Assembly: GCA_038087875.1 (NCBI GenBank)
Contig: JAXLNO010000580.1
Coordinates: 1-47,059 of the forward strand
Origin: Malacoraja senta
Taxonomy: Eukaryota
Reading direction: 5' to 3'
DNA length: 47,059 nt
The notes below the pieces were generated by a model, which did not search any database, had not been told where the DNA came from, and was given only the letters and a program-made list of their open reading frames with translations. Each line of letters starts with the position of its first letter. Positions within the stretch are counted from its first letter, which is position 1. Position numbers and translations under genes: made by a program. Below are positions 45,582 through 47,059 of the stretch, one piece after another.

Positions 45582-46686
45582 CATAGAAACATAGAAAATA
45601 GGTGCAGGAGGAGGCCATTTGGCAATTCGAGCCAGCACCACCATTCATTGTGATCATGGCTGATCATCCACAATCAGTAACCCGTGCCTGCCTTCTCCCC
45701 ATACCCCTTGATTCCACTAACCCCAAGAACTCTATCTAACTCTCTTTCAAATTCATCCAGTGAATTGGCCTCCACTGCCTTCTGTGGCAGAGAATTCCAC
45801 AAATTCACAACTCCCTGGGTGAAAAAAATGTTTTCTCTTCTCAGTTTTAAATGGCCTCCCCTTTATTCTTAGACTGTGGCCCTGGTTCTGGACTCCCCCA
45901 ACATTGGGAACATTTTTCCTGGATCTAGCTTGTCCAGTCCTTTTTATAATTTTTATGTGTTTCTATAAGATCCCCTCAAATCCTAAATTCTAGTGAGTAC
46001 AAGCACAGTCTTTCCAATCTTTCCTCATATGATAGTCCCGCCTCCCAGGGATTAACCTCGTGAACCTACGCTGCACTGCCTCAATAGAAAGGATGTCCTT
46101 CCTCAAATTAGGAGAACAAAACTGCACACAATACTCCAGATGTGGTTTCACCAGGGCATTGTACAACTGCAGAAGGACCTCTTTACTCCTATACTCAAAT
46201 CTTCTCGTTATGAAGGCCAACATGCCATTAGCTTTCTTCACTGCCTGCTGTACCTGCATATTTACTTTCAGTGACTGGTGTGCGAGGACACCCAGGTCTC
46301 GTTGCACTTCCCTTTTTCCTAATCTGACACCATTGAGATAATAATCTGCCTCCTTGTTCTTGCCGCCAAAGTGGATAACCTCACATTTATCTACATTATA
46401 CTGCATCTGCCATGCATCTGCCCACACACTCAACCTGTCCAAGTCACCCTGCAACCACCTAGCATCCTCTTCACAGTTCACACTGCCACCCAGCTTTGTG
46501 TCATCTGCAAATTTGCTAGTGTTACTTTTAATTCCATCATCTAAATCATTAATATATATTGTAAATAGTTCGGCCCAGATGACACCGAGCATTGCAGCAT
46601 TCCACTCGCCACTGCCTGCCATTCGGACAGGGACCTGTTTATTCCTACTCTTTGTTTCCTGTCTGCCAACCAATTCTCTAATCCAT
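45582..46686 (-). mobile_element. 5'-truncated CR1 LINE
   Basis: ORF 45990-46718 with YINDLD, KFADDTKL, KPHLEYCVQF; tail CTCCTGCACCTATTTTCTATGTTTCTATG. Confidence 0.95.
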
Positions 46687-46845
46687 TTTTTTTCAAGAAT
46701 AAACCATAAAGAAGCCACAAAAGCATAGCTACAGCCATTAGACTCAAATCTTTAAGGACAGCCTGAGGTAGCCCGATGATTCATGTGGTTCTTATGAAAT
46801 GCCATCTTGTGTAATGTCATCATAGCATATTTAGATATGTTATGA

Positions 46846-47059
46846 TGACCTGTGTTTGAGTACAAGAAGCTTACTAATGCAAGATATAAGTATGCTGTTC
46901 GCTTCATCTTTAAAAATGAGCAAGCTATGAGGGCTGATTCCATGGTTAAGAAGCTGCTAAGTAACAATGCTACTGATTTTTGGAAAGAAGGGAGAGCACT
47001 TAACAGTTGCAAAACATCTCTACCATGCACTGTAGATGGAATCTCCAAAACAGCTAATA
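46846..47059 (+). mobile_element. RTE-X-like LINE ORF2 fragment (runs off window)
   Basis: Plus frame PVFEYKKLTNARYKYAVRFIFKNEQAMRADSMVKKLLSNNATDFWKEGRALN...CTVDGIS resembles the EN-RT linker of fish RTE-X elements. Confidence 0.6.

Noticed and set aside
46752..47048. 98-aa minus-strand ORF
   Set aside because: Antisense of an RTE-X-like LINE fragment.

Overview
Eukaryotic, repeat-dominated genomic DNA, almost certainly from a cartilaginous fish, probably a skate or ray. This assignment is inferred from the HE1-type V-SINE, shark-type CR1 LINE tails, a Deu-domain SINE and Penelope-derived palindromic repeats. I could not confidently identify an intact host protein-coding gene. The window is a nested transposon landscape. 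It holds a Crack/L2-group LINE 3' end, a 5'-truncated L1 with a near-intact ORF2 and a long structured inter-ORF spacer, a PIF/Harbinger MITE, Rex1/Babar, RTE and RTE-X LINE relics, and many CR1 fragments. It also holds a Penelope-like element interrupted by a CR1 and a Helitron, a full-length but defective Mag-like Gypsy LTR element, and a full-length Tc1 (IR/DR) transposon. The most notable observation is a non-autonomous Helitron (24175-25238) that appears to carry a captured SAC3D1-like exon, ending in a splice donor. Other points of interest are a head-to-tail Helitron junction at 37546/37547, a family of hammerhead-ribozyme-core Penelope pLTR-derived repeats, and a triplicated double-CCAAT promoter-like module at about 20170-20390 beside CpG-retaining unique DNA with a candidate exon. 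All family and protein assignments come from recall of motifs; no database searches were run.
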